The notes below the pieces were generated by a model, which worked only from the letters and a program-made list of their open reading frames with translations, searched no databases and was not told the DNA's origin. This document shows positions 52,563 to 62,814 of a stretch of 64,000 nucleotides of DNA, piece after piece (position 1 is the stretch's first letter; every line of letters begins with the position of its first letter). The translations under genes were made by a program, and so were the position numbers. The stretch comes from Pseudomonadota bacterium. Lineage in GTDB: Bacteria > Campylobacterota > Campylobacteria > Campylobacterales > Sulfurimonadaceae. The DNA is taken from contig JAZDQA010000005.1 of NCBI GenBank assembly GCA_043797085.1, positions 64,001-128,000 of the forward strand, read 5' to 3'.

Positions 52563-53749
52563 ACAAAATATTAAAATTAATTGGCCGAGAAAAAGAACTT
52601 TTTACTGAAGATATCAGCTCTCATTCTAAAGAATTATCTCAAATTGTTTCTTCTTCTACCTTTTTAGTGATTGGTGGAGCAGGTTCTATAGGGCAAGCCG
52701 TTACAAAAGAAATTTTTAAACGAAATCCAAAAAAACTTCATGTTGTTGATATTAGCGAAAACAACATGGTTGAATTAGTCCGCGATATTCGCAGTTCTTT
52801 CGGATATATCGACGGAGATTTTCAAACCTTTGCCTTAGATATCGGTTCGGTTGAATACGATGCTTTTATAAAAGCAGATGGCAAGTATAACTATGTTTTA
52901 AATCTTTCGGCATTGAAACATGTACGAAGCGAAAAAGATCCATTTACGCTTATGAGAATGATTGAAACCAATGTTTTTAATACAGATAAAACACTTCAAC
53001 ACTCCATCGAAAATAGTACTAAAAAATATTTTTGTGTATCAACGGACAAAGCAGCAAATCCGGTAAATATGATGGGGGCAAGTAAACGCATTATGGAGAT
53101 GTTTGTGATGCGAAAATCTGAACAAATTAATGTCTCTATGGCACGTTTTGCTAATGTTGCTTTTAGTGATGGTTCACTTTTACATGGATTTAACCAGAGA
53201 CTGGAAAAAAATCAACCTCTAGTAGCGCCAAATGATATAAAAAGATACTTTGTAACTCCGCAAGAATCAGGTGAGCTTTGTCTGATGTCTTGTATCTTCG
53301 GAGAAAATCGTGATATCTTTTTTCCAAAACTTAGCGAAAATCTGCATCTTATTACTTTCGCAGATATAGCAGTAAAGTACTTAAAAGAAAAAGGGTATGA
53401 GCCATATTTGTGTAAAGATGAAGATGAAGCAAGAAAGCTCTCTTATACTTTGCCAGCGCAGGGCAAATGGCCTTGTCTTTTTACCTCCAGTGATACAACA
53501 GGTGAGAAAGATTTTGAAGAATTTTTCACCGATAGTGAGATGCTGGATATGGATAGATTCGAGAATCTTGGCGTGATCAAAAATGAGCTCACCTATGATG
53601 AATCAAAATTGAATCACTTTACGGATAAAATTGAACAAATGAAATTAGCACGAGAATGGACAAAAGATCAAATTGTTGAGTTGTTTTTTAAAATGATCCC
53701 AGATTTTGGTCACAAAGAAACTGGAAAATACCTTGATGGGAAAATGTAG
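52559..53749 (+). CDS. NDP-N-acetylglucosamine 4,6-dehydratase (first step of legionaminic-acid-type pathway)
   Basis: GGAGSIG, SALKHVRSE, STDKAANP.N.MGASKR, RFANV; heads the nonulosonate cluster. Confidence 0.85.
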   Translation: MNKILKLIGREKELFTEDISSHSKELSQIVSSSTFLVIGGAGSIGQAVTKEIFKRNPKKLHVVDISENNMVELVRDIRSSFGYIDGDFQTFALDIGSVEYDAFIKADGKYNYVLNLSALKHVRSEKDPFTLMRMIETNVFNTDKTLQHSIENSTKKYFCVSTDKAANPVNMMGASKRIMEMFVMRKSEQINVSMARFANVAFSDGSLLHGFNQRLEKNQPLVAPNDIKRYFVTPQESGELCLMSCIFGENRDIFFPKLSENLHLITFADIAVKYLKEKGYEPYLCKDEDEARKLSYTLPAQGKWPCLFTSSDTTGEKDFEEFFTDSEMLDMDRFENLGVIKNELTYDESKLNHFTDKIEQMKLAREWTKDQIVELFFKMIPDFGHKETGKYLDGKM

Positions 53750-53750
53750 T

Positions 53751-54890
53751 ATGCAAGCTATTGTTGATTTTATCAAGCAAACATTTAATACACAAGAATT
53801 TATACCGCTGCATGAACCGCGGTTTATCGGCAATGAAAAAAAATATCTCAACGATTGCATCGACTCAACTTTTGTTTCAAGCGTTGGAAAATATGTAGAT
53901 ACCTTTGAAAAAGAGTTTGCAAAAACAGTCGGTAGCAAGTACTCTATAGCTACCGTAAACGGCACAGCGGCTCTTCATATATCTCTGATCTTGGCAGGTG
54001 TTACAAGAGATGACGAAGTCATAACCCAGCCGCTCACTTTTATTGCTACGTGTAATGCTATAAGTTACATTGGTGCAAAACCTATATTTGTCGATGTAGA
54101 TTTAGACACGATGGGTCTTAGCCCGAAATCCCTAGAAGCATTTTTGAAAGAGAACTGTGAGATTCGAGACGATAAATGTGTCAACAAAACCACTGGCAAA
54201 ATTATCAAAGCTTGTGTGCCAATGCACACTTTTGGACACTCCTGCAAAATAGATGAGATACAAGCTATTTGCAATGATTGGAACATAGAACTCGTAGAAG
54301 ATGCAGCCGAATCACTTGGAAGTTATTACAAAAATAAACACACTGGTACTTTTGGAAAAGTAAGTGCATTTAGTTTTAATGGTAATAAAATTATTACATC
54401 AGGAGGCGGTGGAGTAATCGTCACGGATGATGAAGCCCTTGCTAAAAGAGCAAAGCATCTCACAACAACGGCAAAAATCCCTCATCCCTATGAGTACGTC
54501 CATGATGAGATAGGGTATAACTACAGACTACCAAATCTCAACGCCGCTCTTTTGGTGGCACAACTAGAACAGCTTGAGATGTTTTTGGAGAGTAAAAGAG
54601 CCTTAGCAAAAGAGTACGATACATTTTTTTCTGCATCTAAAAATGCGCAGTTCATCAAAGAACCGCAAGAGAGTAGTTCAAACTACTGGCTTCAAGCCGT
54701 GCTTCTTCACGACAAAGAGCAAAGAGATGAGTTTTTGAGGTTTACCAATACAAACGGTGTGATGACACGACCCATTTGGCGACTGATGAACGAGTTGGAA
54801 ATGTTTCAAGATTGCCAATGCGCAAGTTTGAAAAATGCCAAATATCTTGAAGAGAGAGTTGTAAATATCCCTAGCAGTGTGAGAATCTAA
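53751..54890 (+). CDS. legC: LegC-type PLP-dependent sugar aminotransferase
   Basis: IPLHEP.F.GNE, VSSVG.YV, EDAAESLGS, SFNGNKIITSGGGG, GYNYRLPN. Confidence 0.88.
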   Translation: MQAIVDFIKQTFNTQEFIPLHEPRFIGNEKKYLNDCIDSTFVSSVGKYVDTFEKEFAKTVGSKYSIATVNGTAALHISLILAGVTRDDEVITQPLTFIATCNAISYIGAKPIFVDVDLDTMGLSPKSLEAFLKENCEIRDDKCVNKTTGKIIKACVPMHTFGHSCKIDEIQAICNDWNIELVEDAAESLGSYYKNKHTGTFGKVSAFSFNGNKIITSGGGGVIVTDDEALAKRAKHLTTTAKIPHPYEYVHDEIGYNYRLPNLNAALLVAQLEQLEMFLESKRALAKEYDTFFSASKNAQFIKEPQESSSNYWLQAVLLHDKEQRDEFLRFTNTNGVMTRPIWRLMNELEMFQDCQCASLKNAKYLEERVVNIPSSVRI

Positions 54891-55462
54891 TGGAAGAGAT
54901 TATTCTAGTCGGTGGTGGTGGGCATTGTAAGTCGGTCATCGATGTGATTGAACAGCAAGCAAAATATCACATTGCTGGGATAATTGATAAAAAAGAGTTC
55001 TTAGGTACTGAGGTTTTAGGATATAAAGTCATTGGATGTGATGAAGACTTACCAAGTTTGCAAAAACAATATACATATGCCATAATCACAGTAGGGCAAA
55101 TCAAATCTAATGCTGTAAGAGTAAATCTTTTTGAAACCTTAAAAAAGCTTGGCTTTAATATGCCTGTTATCATTTCTCCGCTTGCCTATGTTTCACGCCA
55201 CGCATCCGTCGATGAGGGAACAGTAGTTTTGCACGGAGCGATTGTAAATTCACAGGCTAGAATAGGTAAAAATTGTATTATCAATACAAAATCCTTGATA
55301 GAGCACGATGCTGTAGTTGAAGACAACTGTCATATCTCTACGGGTGCGATTATAAATGGCGGTGTGATTGTAAAAGCAAATACGTTTTTTGGAAGCAATA
55401 CCACATCGAAAGAGTACATAACAATAGATGGATTTATAAAAGCTGGGAGTGTTGCGAAATGA
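54890..55462 (+). CDS. NeuD/PglD-family sugar acetyltransferase
   Basis: GGGGHCKSVID, hexapeptide repeats, IEHDA, HIS. Confidence 0.88.
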   Translation: MEEIILVGGGGHCKSVIDVIEQQAKYHIAGIIDKKEFLGTEVLGYKVIGCDEDLPSLQKQYTYAIITVGQIKSNAVRVNLFETLKKLGFNMPVIISPLAYVSRHASVDEGTVVLHGAIVNSQARIGKNCIINTKSLIEHDAVVEDNCHISTGAIINGGVIVKANTFFGSNTTSKEYITIDGFIKAGSVAK

Positions 55463-56457
55463 ATAAAGTATTTATAATAGCAGAAGCTGGTGTAAACCAT
55501 AATGGTTCTATTGAGCTTGCAAAAAAACTTATTGATGTAGCAAGTATATCGGGAGCTGATGCAGTTAAATTTCAAACATTTAAAGCTGAAAAATTAGTTT
55601 CTAAAAATGCACAAAAAGCCGACTATCAAAAGCAAACTACAGACAGCAATGAATCCCAATTTGATATGATAAAAAAACTCGAACTTGACTTAGACACTCA
55701 CAAAGAGCTTATATCGTATTGTAAAACAAAAAAGATCATGTTTCTTTCAACCCCATTTGATCACGATAGTATAGATATGCTTCATGATTTAGGCCTTGAA
55801 ATCTTTAAAATACCAAGTGGTGAGATCACAAACTTGCCGTATCTTAGACACATAGGAAGCATGGGTAAACAGGTGATACTCTCGACTGGTATGGCAGACA
55901 TGGGTGAGATAGAAGATGCTTTAGATATTTTGACAGAAGCGGGGACAAAAAAAGAGAACATTACCGTTCTCCATGCGAACACCATGTACCCAACTCCGAT
56001 GGAAGATGTAAATCTAAAAGCCATGGTAACGATAGGAAGCACCTTTGATGTGGCGTATGGCTACAGTGATCACACGCTTGGCATAGAGGTAGACATCGCT
56101 GCGGTTGCGATGGGAGCATGCTGCATAGAAAAACATTTTACATTGGACAAAACCATGGAAGGGCCTGACCACAAAGCAAGTCTTGAACCGGATGAACTCA
56201 AAGAGATGGTCAAAGCCATAAGAAACATAGAGCGTGCACTCGGAAGCAGGATCAAAAACCCCAGTAAGAGTGAAACTCCAAATATCCAAATCGCCAGAAA
56301 ATCAATTGTTGCGAAAACAGTTATTAAGAAAGGTGAGATGTTAAGTGAAGATAACCTTGCCGTAAAAAGACCTGGAAATGGGATAAGCCCCATGAGATGG
56401 GACGAGATAATCGGGACTATAGCACATAAAGATTATCAAGAAGATGAGCTTATATGA
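55459..56457 (+). CDS. neuB: Nonulosonic acid synthase (NeuB/LegI)
   Basis: IIAEAGVNHNG, AVKFQ, KIPSGE, YSDHT, IEKHFTLD...GPDH, C-terminal SAF/AFP domain. Confidence 0.94.
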   Translation: MNKVFIIAEAGVNHNGSIELAKKLIDVASISGADAVKFQTFKAEKLVSKNAQKADYQKQTTDSNESQFDMIKKLELDLDTHKELISYCKTKKIMFLSTPFDHDSIDMLHDLGLEIFKIPSGEITNLPYLRHIGSMGKQVILSTGMADMGEIEDALDILTEAGTKKENITVLHANTMYPTPMEDVNLKAMVTIGSTFDVAYGYSDHTLGIEVDIAAVAMGACCIEKHFTLDKTMEGPDHKASLEPDELKEMVKAIRNIERALGSRIKNPSKSETPNIQIARKSIVAKTVIKKGEMLSEDNLAVKRPGNGISPMRWDEIIGTIAHKDYQEDELI

Positions 56458-57617
56458 GAAAAATTTGTGTTGTGACTGGAACCCGTGCAGAGTATGGACT
56501 TCTCTATTGGCTCATGAAAGAGATAGAAGCTGATAGCGATTTAGAACTCCAACTGATAGTTACCGGAATGCACCTCAGTCCTGAGTTTGGTCTAACTTAT
56601 AAAGATATTGAAAAAGAATTCACGATCACAAAAAAAATTGAAATGCTCCTCTCAAGCGATACTTCGATCGGTATCTCAAAATCGATGGGATTGGCACAAA
56701 TATCGTTTGCTGAAGCTTATGAAGAACTTAAGCCTGATATTGTAGTTGTACTTGGCGATAGATACGAGATATTCAGTGCCGTAAGTGCCGCTATGATTGC
56801 CCGCATCCCGATCGCACACTTGCATGGTGGAGAAACGACGGAAGGGGCATTTGATGAATCGATCCGCCACAGCATTACCAAAATGGCGCATCTGCATTTC
56901 ACCGCCGCCGAAGAATACCACCACCGCGTCATTCAGCTCGGGGAACATCCTGAACGGGTTTTCAATGTTGGAGGAATGGGGATAGAAAATATAAAGCGAT
57001 TAAAGCTTTTATCCAAAGATGAATTTGAAAAGTCTATTGATTTTAAACTCAGTGAAAAAAATATACTCGTCACGTTTCATCCGGTGACTTTGGAAAATTC
57101 TACGGCTAAAGAGCAGTTTCAAGAACTGCTTGTCGCCATAGATGAGCTTGAAAATACACATATTGTTTTTACAAAAGCCAACAGCGACACAGACGGTCGT
57201 ATTATCAATGAAATGATTGACAAATATGTATCTCAAAATTCACATAAGGCAGTAGGCTTTACATCATTGGGTCAGCTAAGGTACCTAAGCGCTTTGCAAT
57301 ACATTGACGCGGTTGTTGGAAACAGTTCGAGCGGTATTGCCGAAGCTCCGAGTTTTAAGATAGCTACGATAAATATCGGTGAGAGGCAAAAAGGGCGTCT
57401 TAAAGCAGACAGTATTATCGAATGCAAACCGGATAAAAAGGAAATTCTTCACGCTTTCACGCAATTGTACTCAAATGGATTTCAAGAGGTTCTCAAAAAA
57501 GTTCAAAATCCTTACGGGGACGGGATAGCAAGTATAAAAATCGTTGATATTATTAAAAAAGTCGATTTGTCAAATATTTTGAAAAAATCTTTTTATAATT
57601 TAGGGAAAAACCAATGA
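56454..57617 (+). CDS. neuC: Hydrolysing NDP-sugar 2-epimerase (NeuC/LegG)
   Basis: TGTRAEYG, GMHLSPEFG, LGDRYE, HGGE, GNSSSG. Confidence 0.93.
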   Translation: MRKICVVTGTRAEYGLLYWLMKEIEADSDLELQLIVTGMHLSPEFGLTYKDIEKEFTITKKIEMLLSSDTSIGISKSMGLAQISFAEAYEELKPDIVVVLGDRYEIFSAVSAAMIARIPIAHLHGGETTEGAFDESIRHSITKMAHLHFTAAEEYHHRVIQLGEHPERVFNVGGMGIENIKRLKLLSKDEFEKSIDFKLSEKNILVTFHPVTLENSTAKEQFQELLVAIDELENTHIVFTKANSDTDGRIINEMIDKYVSQNSHKAVGFTSLGQLRYLSALQYIDAVVGNSSSGIAEAPSFKIATINIGERQKGRLKADSIIECKPDKKEILHAFTQLYSNGFQEVLKKVQNPYGDGIASIKIVDIIKKVDLSNILKKSFYNLGKNQ

Positions 57618-58660
57618 AATCAATAGAAAATATAAAACTCACCATAGAATCGACCATAAGGGAAGCCCTTAAAATTATTGACAGCGGGGCGATGCAAATC
57701 GCTATTGTTGTCGATGGGAATGATCGATTGGTCGGTACACTTACTGACGGTGATATTCGTAGAGGGTTATTAAATAATCTTTCATTGGATGAGTGTATTG
57801 AAAGTATTATTTTTAAAACACCGACGATAGCAACTTTAAATGAGACAAAAGAAGAAATTCTCCAAAAAGCACTGATAAAAAAACTTCATCAAATTCCTAT
57901 CGTAGATGACGAAAATCGTGTAATTGGTATCAAAGAGATCGAAGAGCTTGTTAAGCCACGGGTCAAAACAAATAAAGTCATTCTGATGGTAGGTGGATTA
58001 GGGAGCAGATTAAAACCGCTTACGGATAATACTCCCAAACCGATGTTAAAGGTAGGAAATAAACCTATCCTTCAGATAATCGTTGAGAAATTTTCCGAGT
58101 ACGGATTTGTCAATATCGTGATGTGCGTGAACTATAAATCGCATATCATTCAAGATTATTTTGGTGATGGTAGTGCATTCGGGGTAAATATCGAGTATAT
58201 TTTGGAAGAGCAGCGTATGGGGACGGCAGGGGCACTGAGTTTATTGAGATCGATACCGGAGGAACCGTTTTTTGTTATGAACGGAGATTTGCTTACCAAT
58301 GTTAATTTTGAGAATCTTCTCGATTATCATTGTGCACAAAATGCTGTAGCAACGATGGGTGTACGTGAGTATGACTTTCAGGTCCCTTATGGTGTTGTAA
58401 ATATTGATGGGAGCCGTATTCTTTCGATAGAAGAAAAACCGGTGCACAAATTTTTTGTCAGCGCCGGCATTTATATGCTTAGCCCTGAAGTAATTTCTAT
58501 TATTCCGCAAAATCAATTTTATGATATGCCGACCCTTTTTGAAAAAATTATTGCTACGGATGGGAGAGCATCTTCTTTTCCAATTCATGAGTATTGGCTT
58601 GATATAGGGCGGATGGATGACTATGAGCGGGCTAATAGCGAATATGAGTGTGTGTTTTAA
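57614..58660 (+). CDS. CBS-pair nucleotidyltransferase (PtmE/LegX-like)
   Basis: N-terminal CBS pair (TDGDIRR), GG.GSRL.PLT..PKPML, NGDLLT, EEKP, WLDIG. Confidence 0.88.
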   Translation: MKSIENIKLTIESTIREALKIIDSGAMQIAIVVDGNDRLVGTLTDGDIRRGLLNNLSLDECIESIIFKTPTIATLNETKEEILQKALIKKLHQIPIVDDENRVIGIKEIEELVKPRVKTNKVILMVGGLGSRLKPLTDNTPKPMLKVGNKPILQIIVEKFSEYGFVNIVMCVNYKSHIIQDYFGDGSAFGVNIEYILEEQRMGTAGALSLLRSIPEEPFFVMNGDLLTNVNFENLLDYHCAQNAVATMGVREYDFQVPYGVVNIDGSRILSIEEKPVHKFFVSAGIYMLSPEVISIIPQNQFYDMPTLFEKIIATDGRASSFPIHEYWLDIGRMDDYERANSEYECVF

Positions 58661-59364
58661 TGTTTAATGATAAAACAATTTTGGCTATTGTTCCGGCACG
58701 CGGTGGGAGTAAACGGCTTCCGAGAAAGAATGTGCTTGATCTCGCCGGAAAACCTCTTATTGCTTGGACGATTGAAGCAGGATTAAAAAGTAAGTATATC
58801 GACAAGGTAGTTGTAACCAGCGATGACAATGAAATATTAGAGATATCACATTTATACGGAGCGGATTGTATAAAAAGGCCGTTGGATTTGGCAAGCGATA
58901 CAGCCACTACATTTGATGCGCTGAAACATACGATAGATCATTTAGAAAACTTTGATTATATTGTGTTACTGCAACCCACCAGCCCATTACGTAACGAACA
59001 AAACATTGATGAAGCGATTGACCTTCTTTTCAAAAGAGAAGCCGGTGCGGTGATATCTGTTTGTGAAATGGAACATAGCCCGCTGTGGAGCAACACCTTG
59101 CCGGAAGACGGTGAGATGTCCGAATTTTTACGCAAAGAGGTTTTGAATAAGCGAAGTCAGGACCTGCCTAGTTACTACAGGTTAAACGGAGCGGTTTATA
59201 TTTGTAAAACCGATAAACTCTTGAATGAGAAAACATTTTTTATCAAAGAAAAGATATTCGCTTATGTGATGAAAAAAGAGAATTCGGTTGACATAGATGA
59301 TCTATATGATTTTCATCTTGCTTCTGCAATTCTTAACTTTTTCCAGACGGGAAATAGATGCTGA
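58660..59364 (+). CDS. neuA: CMP-nonulosonate synthetase (NeuA/LegF)
   Basis: PARGGSKRLPRKN, LQPTSPLR, NGAVY, SVDID. Confidence 0.92.
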   Translation: MFNDKTILAIVPARGGSKRLPRKNVLDLAGKPLIAWTIEAGLKSKYIDKVVVTSDDNEILEISHLYGADCIKRPLDLASDTATTFDALKHTIDHLENFDYIVLLQPTSPLRNEQNIDEAIDLLFKREAGAVISVCEMEHSPLWSNTLPEDGEMSEFLRKEVLNKRSQDLPSYYRLNGAVYICKTDKLLNEKTFFIKEKIFAYVMKKENSVDIDDLYDFHLASAILNFFQTGNRC

Positions 59365-60593
59365 AAAAAATTATACACGGGACAATGATCTATGCACTGG
59401 GGGACATGATTGTTGTCGGAACGACAGGCTTTTTACTTCTTCCCGTCTATACAAAATATTTATCAAAAATTGATTATGCTACCTATTCTATCGTAATGAC
59501 GAATGCGACATTATTGATATATCTTAGTCATTTTGGATTGGTATCGGCATTTTCACGCCTCTATTTTGACTATTCTCGGCAGAATAAAACCAATGAGTAT
59601 ATTTCAACCCTTTTGATTTTACATACAACGTATGTTATGGCACTTTTTTTGGTGTTATATCTTTTTAGCGAACCAATTTGGCGCCTTATTTCCCCTCAAA
59701 CATCCGCTATCCCTTTCTTATTTTTTGCCATGGGGTTGGCTTTTTTTAGTTTTGTCCCTGCAATGTATTCGTTGTTATTACGTATACAAGAAAAAGCCTA
59801 TCAGTTTATAGCAATGCAGGTGGCAACCGTTGCCTTGATAGTATGTTCAACACTCTATTCTCTGGTTTATCTCGAAGGGGACATTGAGGTCATGCTTTTG
59901 TATCTTGTCATTGCCAACAGTCTGATATGGTTCATATCCGTGGGAATGATTTCAAAATATTTCATTTTTAGTGTCAACATGGAGTATGTTCAAAAGACAT
60001 TAAAATTTGCCTGGCCCATTTTTTTGAGCTACTTGGCCTATTTTTTACTCAATAAATACGGTTTGATTTTTTTACAACATTATGAAACCCTTGAGCAAAT
60101 CAGTTATTATACATTTGCGCAACAAATTTCTCTGATATTGGTCATTGCCGGGACTGCCTTTGGAAAAGTCGTTCAACCGATGATCTATGTACAAGAAAAA
60201 ATCGATCTGCAACAGCTTAAAAAAATAACTCTTTATTATCGATTTTTGCTAACGTTTATAGCGTTAGCACTTATCGCGGGTGCGGGACCGATCATAGAGC
60301 TATTGGGTTCATCCAAATACACCGATTCGAAAGTTGTCTTTAGCATCTTTATCATCGCAAACTACTTTTACCTTTTTTCGCAGATTGAATCTTTCGTATT
60401 GATGTACTACAAGCGTTCCTTGCAGATAATGTACATTACTGCGGGAGGGGCTCTGAGCGTGATCATTTTAGGTATGATTTTTATCCCGATATATGGGATA
60501 ATTGCCGGTGCTTTTGCTTTATTGGGCGGTAATTTCTTGATTGCAATGGTAAATATTTACGCGGCGAAAAAATTAATATACAAGGAAAATTAA
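59358..60593 (+). CDS. wzx: Wzx-like polysaccharide flippase
   Basis: About 12 hydrophobic segments, LLPVYTKYL, IPIYGI.AGA; position within the locus. Confidence 0.78.
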   Translation: MLKKIIHGTMIYALGDMIVVGTTGFLLLPVYTKYLSKIDYATYSIVMTNATLLIYLSHFGLVSAFSRLYFDYSRQNKTNEYISTLLILHTTYVMALFLVLYLFSEPIWRLISPQTSAIPFLFFAMGLAFFSFVPAMYSLLLRIQEKAYQFIAMQVATVALIVCSTLYSLVYLEGDIEVMLLYLVIANSLIWFISVGMISKYFIFSVNMEYVQKTLKFAWPIFLSYLAYFLLNKYGLIFLQHYETLEQISYYTFAQQISLILVIAGTAFGKVVQPMIYVQEKIDLQQLKKITLYYRFLLTFIALALIAGAGPIIELLGSSKYTDSKVVFSIFIIANYFYLFSQIESFVLMYYKRSLQIMYITAGGALSVIILGMIFIPIYGIIAGAFALLGGNFLIAMVNIYAAKKLIYKEN

Positions 60594-60595
60594 TA

Positions 60596-62128
60596 ATGGT
60601 TAAGAAAATTAAATATAATATCTGGGTAGTGAAAATGTCATTTTTGTGGTTGATTTATACCATAAATATGATCAAATTTATTGCTTCGATCTCTTTTGAT
60701 TCGCATCAAAAAGAGGGAAAAAATATTGCATTGATTGTTCAGCCGCTTTATATCATAAGCTGGCCATTTTATATGATGGCTCTTGGATTGTTTCTGCGAA
60801 AAAAAGGAAAAAAAGTCACGTATATAGTGGATGATAGCAATTTTGAAAAAAACAGACTTCTTTATGAGCTGAAAATGGTGATTATAAAACGCTGCATGCG
60901 AACACTTTCTGTAAAAGGGTTTAATGTTGTCAGCCTTTCTGATATACAGGTAAGTAATGAGGAGAGCTGTATATCCTCAGGAGAGCTGATGGCGTTTGCC
61001 CACATGCAGGCGATCTGGTTTACGCGGGGAGAAATGGAAATTGCAGAAAGAGAAAAAGAGTATACGAAGAATTTGCAAAAGCTCACCAGCGTGGCGCGCG
61101 CTATCGAGTCAACGGTTCGCGACACAGATGCCGAACGGATTATTGTCGCGGGAGGAATCGTAGGGACGTCAGGAATCTATCTTAAATGCGGGAAAGTGCT
61201 CAATATACCAGTATCAACGATCGATGGTGGCGTCGGGGTCAATCTGATGAGCAACAGCGGCCCAGCTGCACAATTGACCGATATAACGGTTGCATTTAAA
61301 TCGTTTCCGGAGGATGAAAAGCATTATGCTTATCAGGCAGCGGGTGAACAGCTGAAAAAAAGGATGGATGGGAAAGATACCTTTGCTTATCAAACCAAAA
61401 GAATTGAAGACAAACAACACGAATCCGGATCGATTCTTTTACTATTAAATTCGGTTTGGGATCAAGCGGCCCTTGGATTACATGCCCTCTATCCGGGAAT
61501 GAACGAGTGGATAGTTCAGACCGTCAAGTGGGTTGTGGAAAATACGGAAGAGACGATTATCGTCCGACAGCATCCGGCGGAACGGAATAAAATCGTTTCA
61601 ACCAAAGACGATTATAAAAAGCTGTTAGAGCCGTTTATCGGACATGAACGAGTTGTTTTCGTAGCAGCCGATAATGATATTAATACGTATGGTTTGATCC
61701 ATAAATCCAAAGTCGTCATCGCTTATTCGACGACGACCGCTTTGGAAACAACGATGATTGGTAAACCGGTCATTACAGTATCCAATTGCTACTATTCGGA
61801 GCTCGGTTTTGTCTATAAACCAAAGAGTCTTGAAGAATATTACAGCTATATCAGAGACGGGGTATCCGGCAGACTCGTTTTATCCGAATCCCAAAAAAAC
61901 GATGCGGCTTTGTGCTACTATCTCTCACAGGTGTGTAATTGGGTATTTACCGATTTTACCGCAACGATGGAAGATTTTGTCAAGTGGGTTAAAATGGATC
62001 CGGAGACCATCTACCTCTTACCTGAAATTCAGGAGATGCTGGATGCGTTTATAAGCGGTACACCTATTTCCTTGATTCGGCATAAAATAAATTTTTATCG
62101 GTCTCAAGCAGATAAATATAGTGATTGA
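60596..62128 (+). CDS. Putative GT-B glycosyltransferase (capsule-synthesis/KpsS-like C-terminus)
   Basis: IIVRQHP, STTALE...GKPVI motifs; follows neuA-wzx. Confidence 0.55.
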   Translation: MVKKIKYNIWVVKMSFLWLIYTINMIKFIASISFDSHQKEGKNIALIVQPLYIISWPFYMMALGLFLRKKGKKVTYIVDDSNFEKNRLLYELKMVIIKRCMRTLSVKGFNVVSLSDIQVSNEESCISSGELMAFAHMQAIWFTRGEMEIAEREKEYTKNLQKLTSVARAIESTVRDTDAERIIVAGGIVGTSGIYLKCGKVLNIPVSTIDGGVGVNLMSNSGPAAQLTDITVAFKSFPEDEKHYAYQAAGEQLKKRMDGKDTFAYQTKRIEDKQHESGSILLLLNSVWDQAALGLHALYPGMNEWIVQTVKWVVENTEETIIVRQHPAERNKIVSTKDDYKKLLEPFIGHERVVFVAADNDINTYGLIHKSKVVIAYSTTTALETTMIGKPVITVSNCYYSELGFVYKPKSLEEYYSYIRDGVSGRLVLSESQKNDAALCYYLSQVCNWVFTDFTATMEDFVKWVKMDPETIYLLPEIQEMLDAFISGTPISLIRHKINFYRSQADKYSD

Positions 62129-62814
62129 ATAATAATGGAATAAATGGAGAGTTACAAATGATGATGAAAAATTTGAAGATTTTTATAGCAGACCCTTGGT
62201 CACGAAAAATACATATACTTGGGTATGTTTACTATAAAATTAAAACAATGTTGCTTTATAAGCATTTTCTTAAAGAATGCGGTAAAAGTACAATTATAAA
62301 AACTCCTATGTTTTGGATGCCTGAGTATATGAGCATTGGAAAAAATGTATTAATTTGGCCCAGTTGCCGTATTGAGGCTATCAATAGATATGGAAAGGAA
62401 GAGTATACTCCTCATATTATCATTGGAGATTACGTAAACATACAGCAAAATTGTCATATAACGGCGGCGGATGAGTTGCGTATCGGTAACGAGACCACGA
62501 TATCGTTTGGCGTGTCGATTCAGGACACCGATCACGAATATCAACAAATTAATGTTAATATTCTGCAACAGCCGCTTCTGGTCAAAAAGACAACCATCGG
62601 GGAGAATTGCTTTATCGGATCGGGTGCCAAAATATTGGCTGGGACGGTACTGGGGAGACAATGTATTGTGGGGGCTAATGCTGTAGTGCGCGGTATATTT
62701 CCGGACTATTGTGTCATTGCCGGAATTCCGGCAAAAATTATCAAGCGATATAACCTCGAAACCAAAGAATGGGCTAGAACAAACGCAATAGGAGAATTTG
62801 TCAATGGCAATTAA
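62125..62814 (+). CDS. Hexapeptide-repeat O-acyltransferase
   Basis: IGENCFIG.GA.IL.G..LG..C.VGANAVV, AGIPAK; start uncertain (TTG 62125 or ATG 62158-62164). Confidence 0.85.
   Translation: MNNNGINGELQMMMKNLKIFIADPWSRKIHILGYVYYKIKTMLLYKHFLKECGKSTIIKTPMFWMPEYMSIGKNVLIWPSCRIEAINRYGKEEYTPHIIIGDYVNIQQNCHITAADELRIGNETTISFGVSIQDTDHEYQQINVNILQQPLLVKKTTIGENCFIGSGAKILAGTVLGRQCIVGANAVVRGIFPDYCVIAGIPAKIIKRYNLETKEWARTNAIGEFVNGN

Noticed and set aside
48954..62803. Extended ORF-track starts (48954, 49271, 50666, 51405, 53706, 58648, 62798; also 15762 and 16797)
   Set aside because: Downstream starts have better RBS or stop-start coupling and match family N-termini; coordinates were adjusted.
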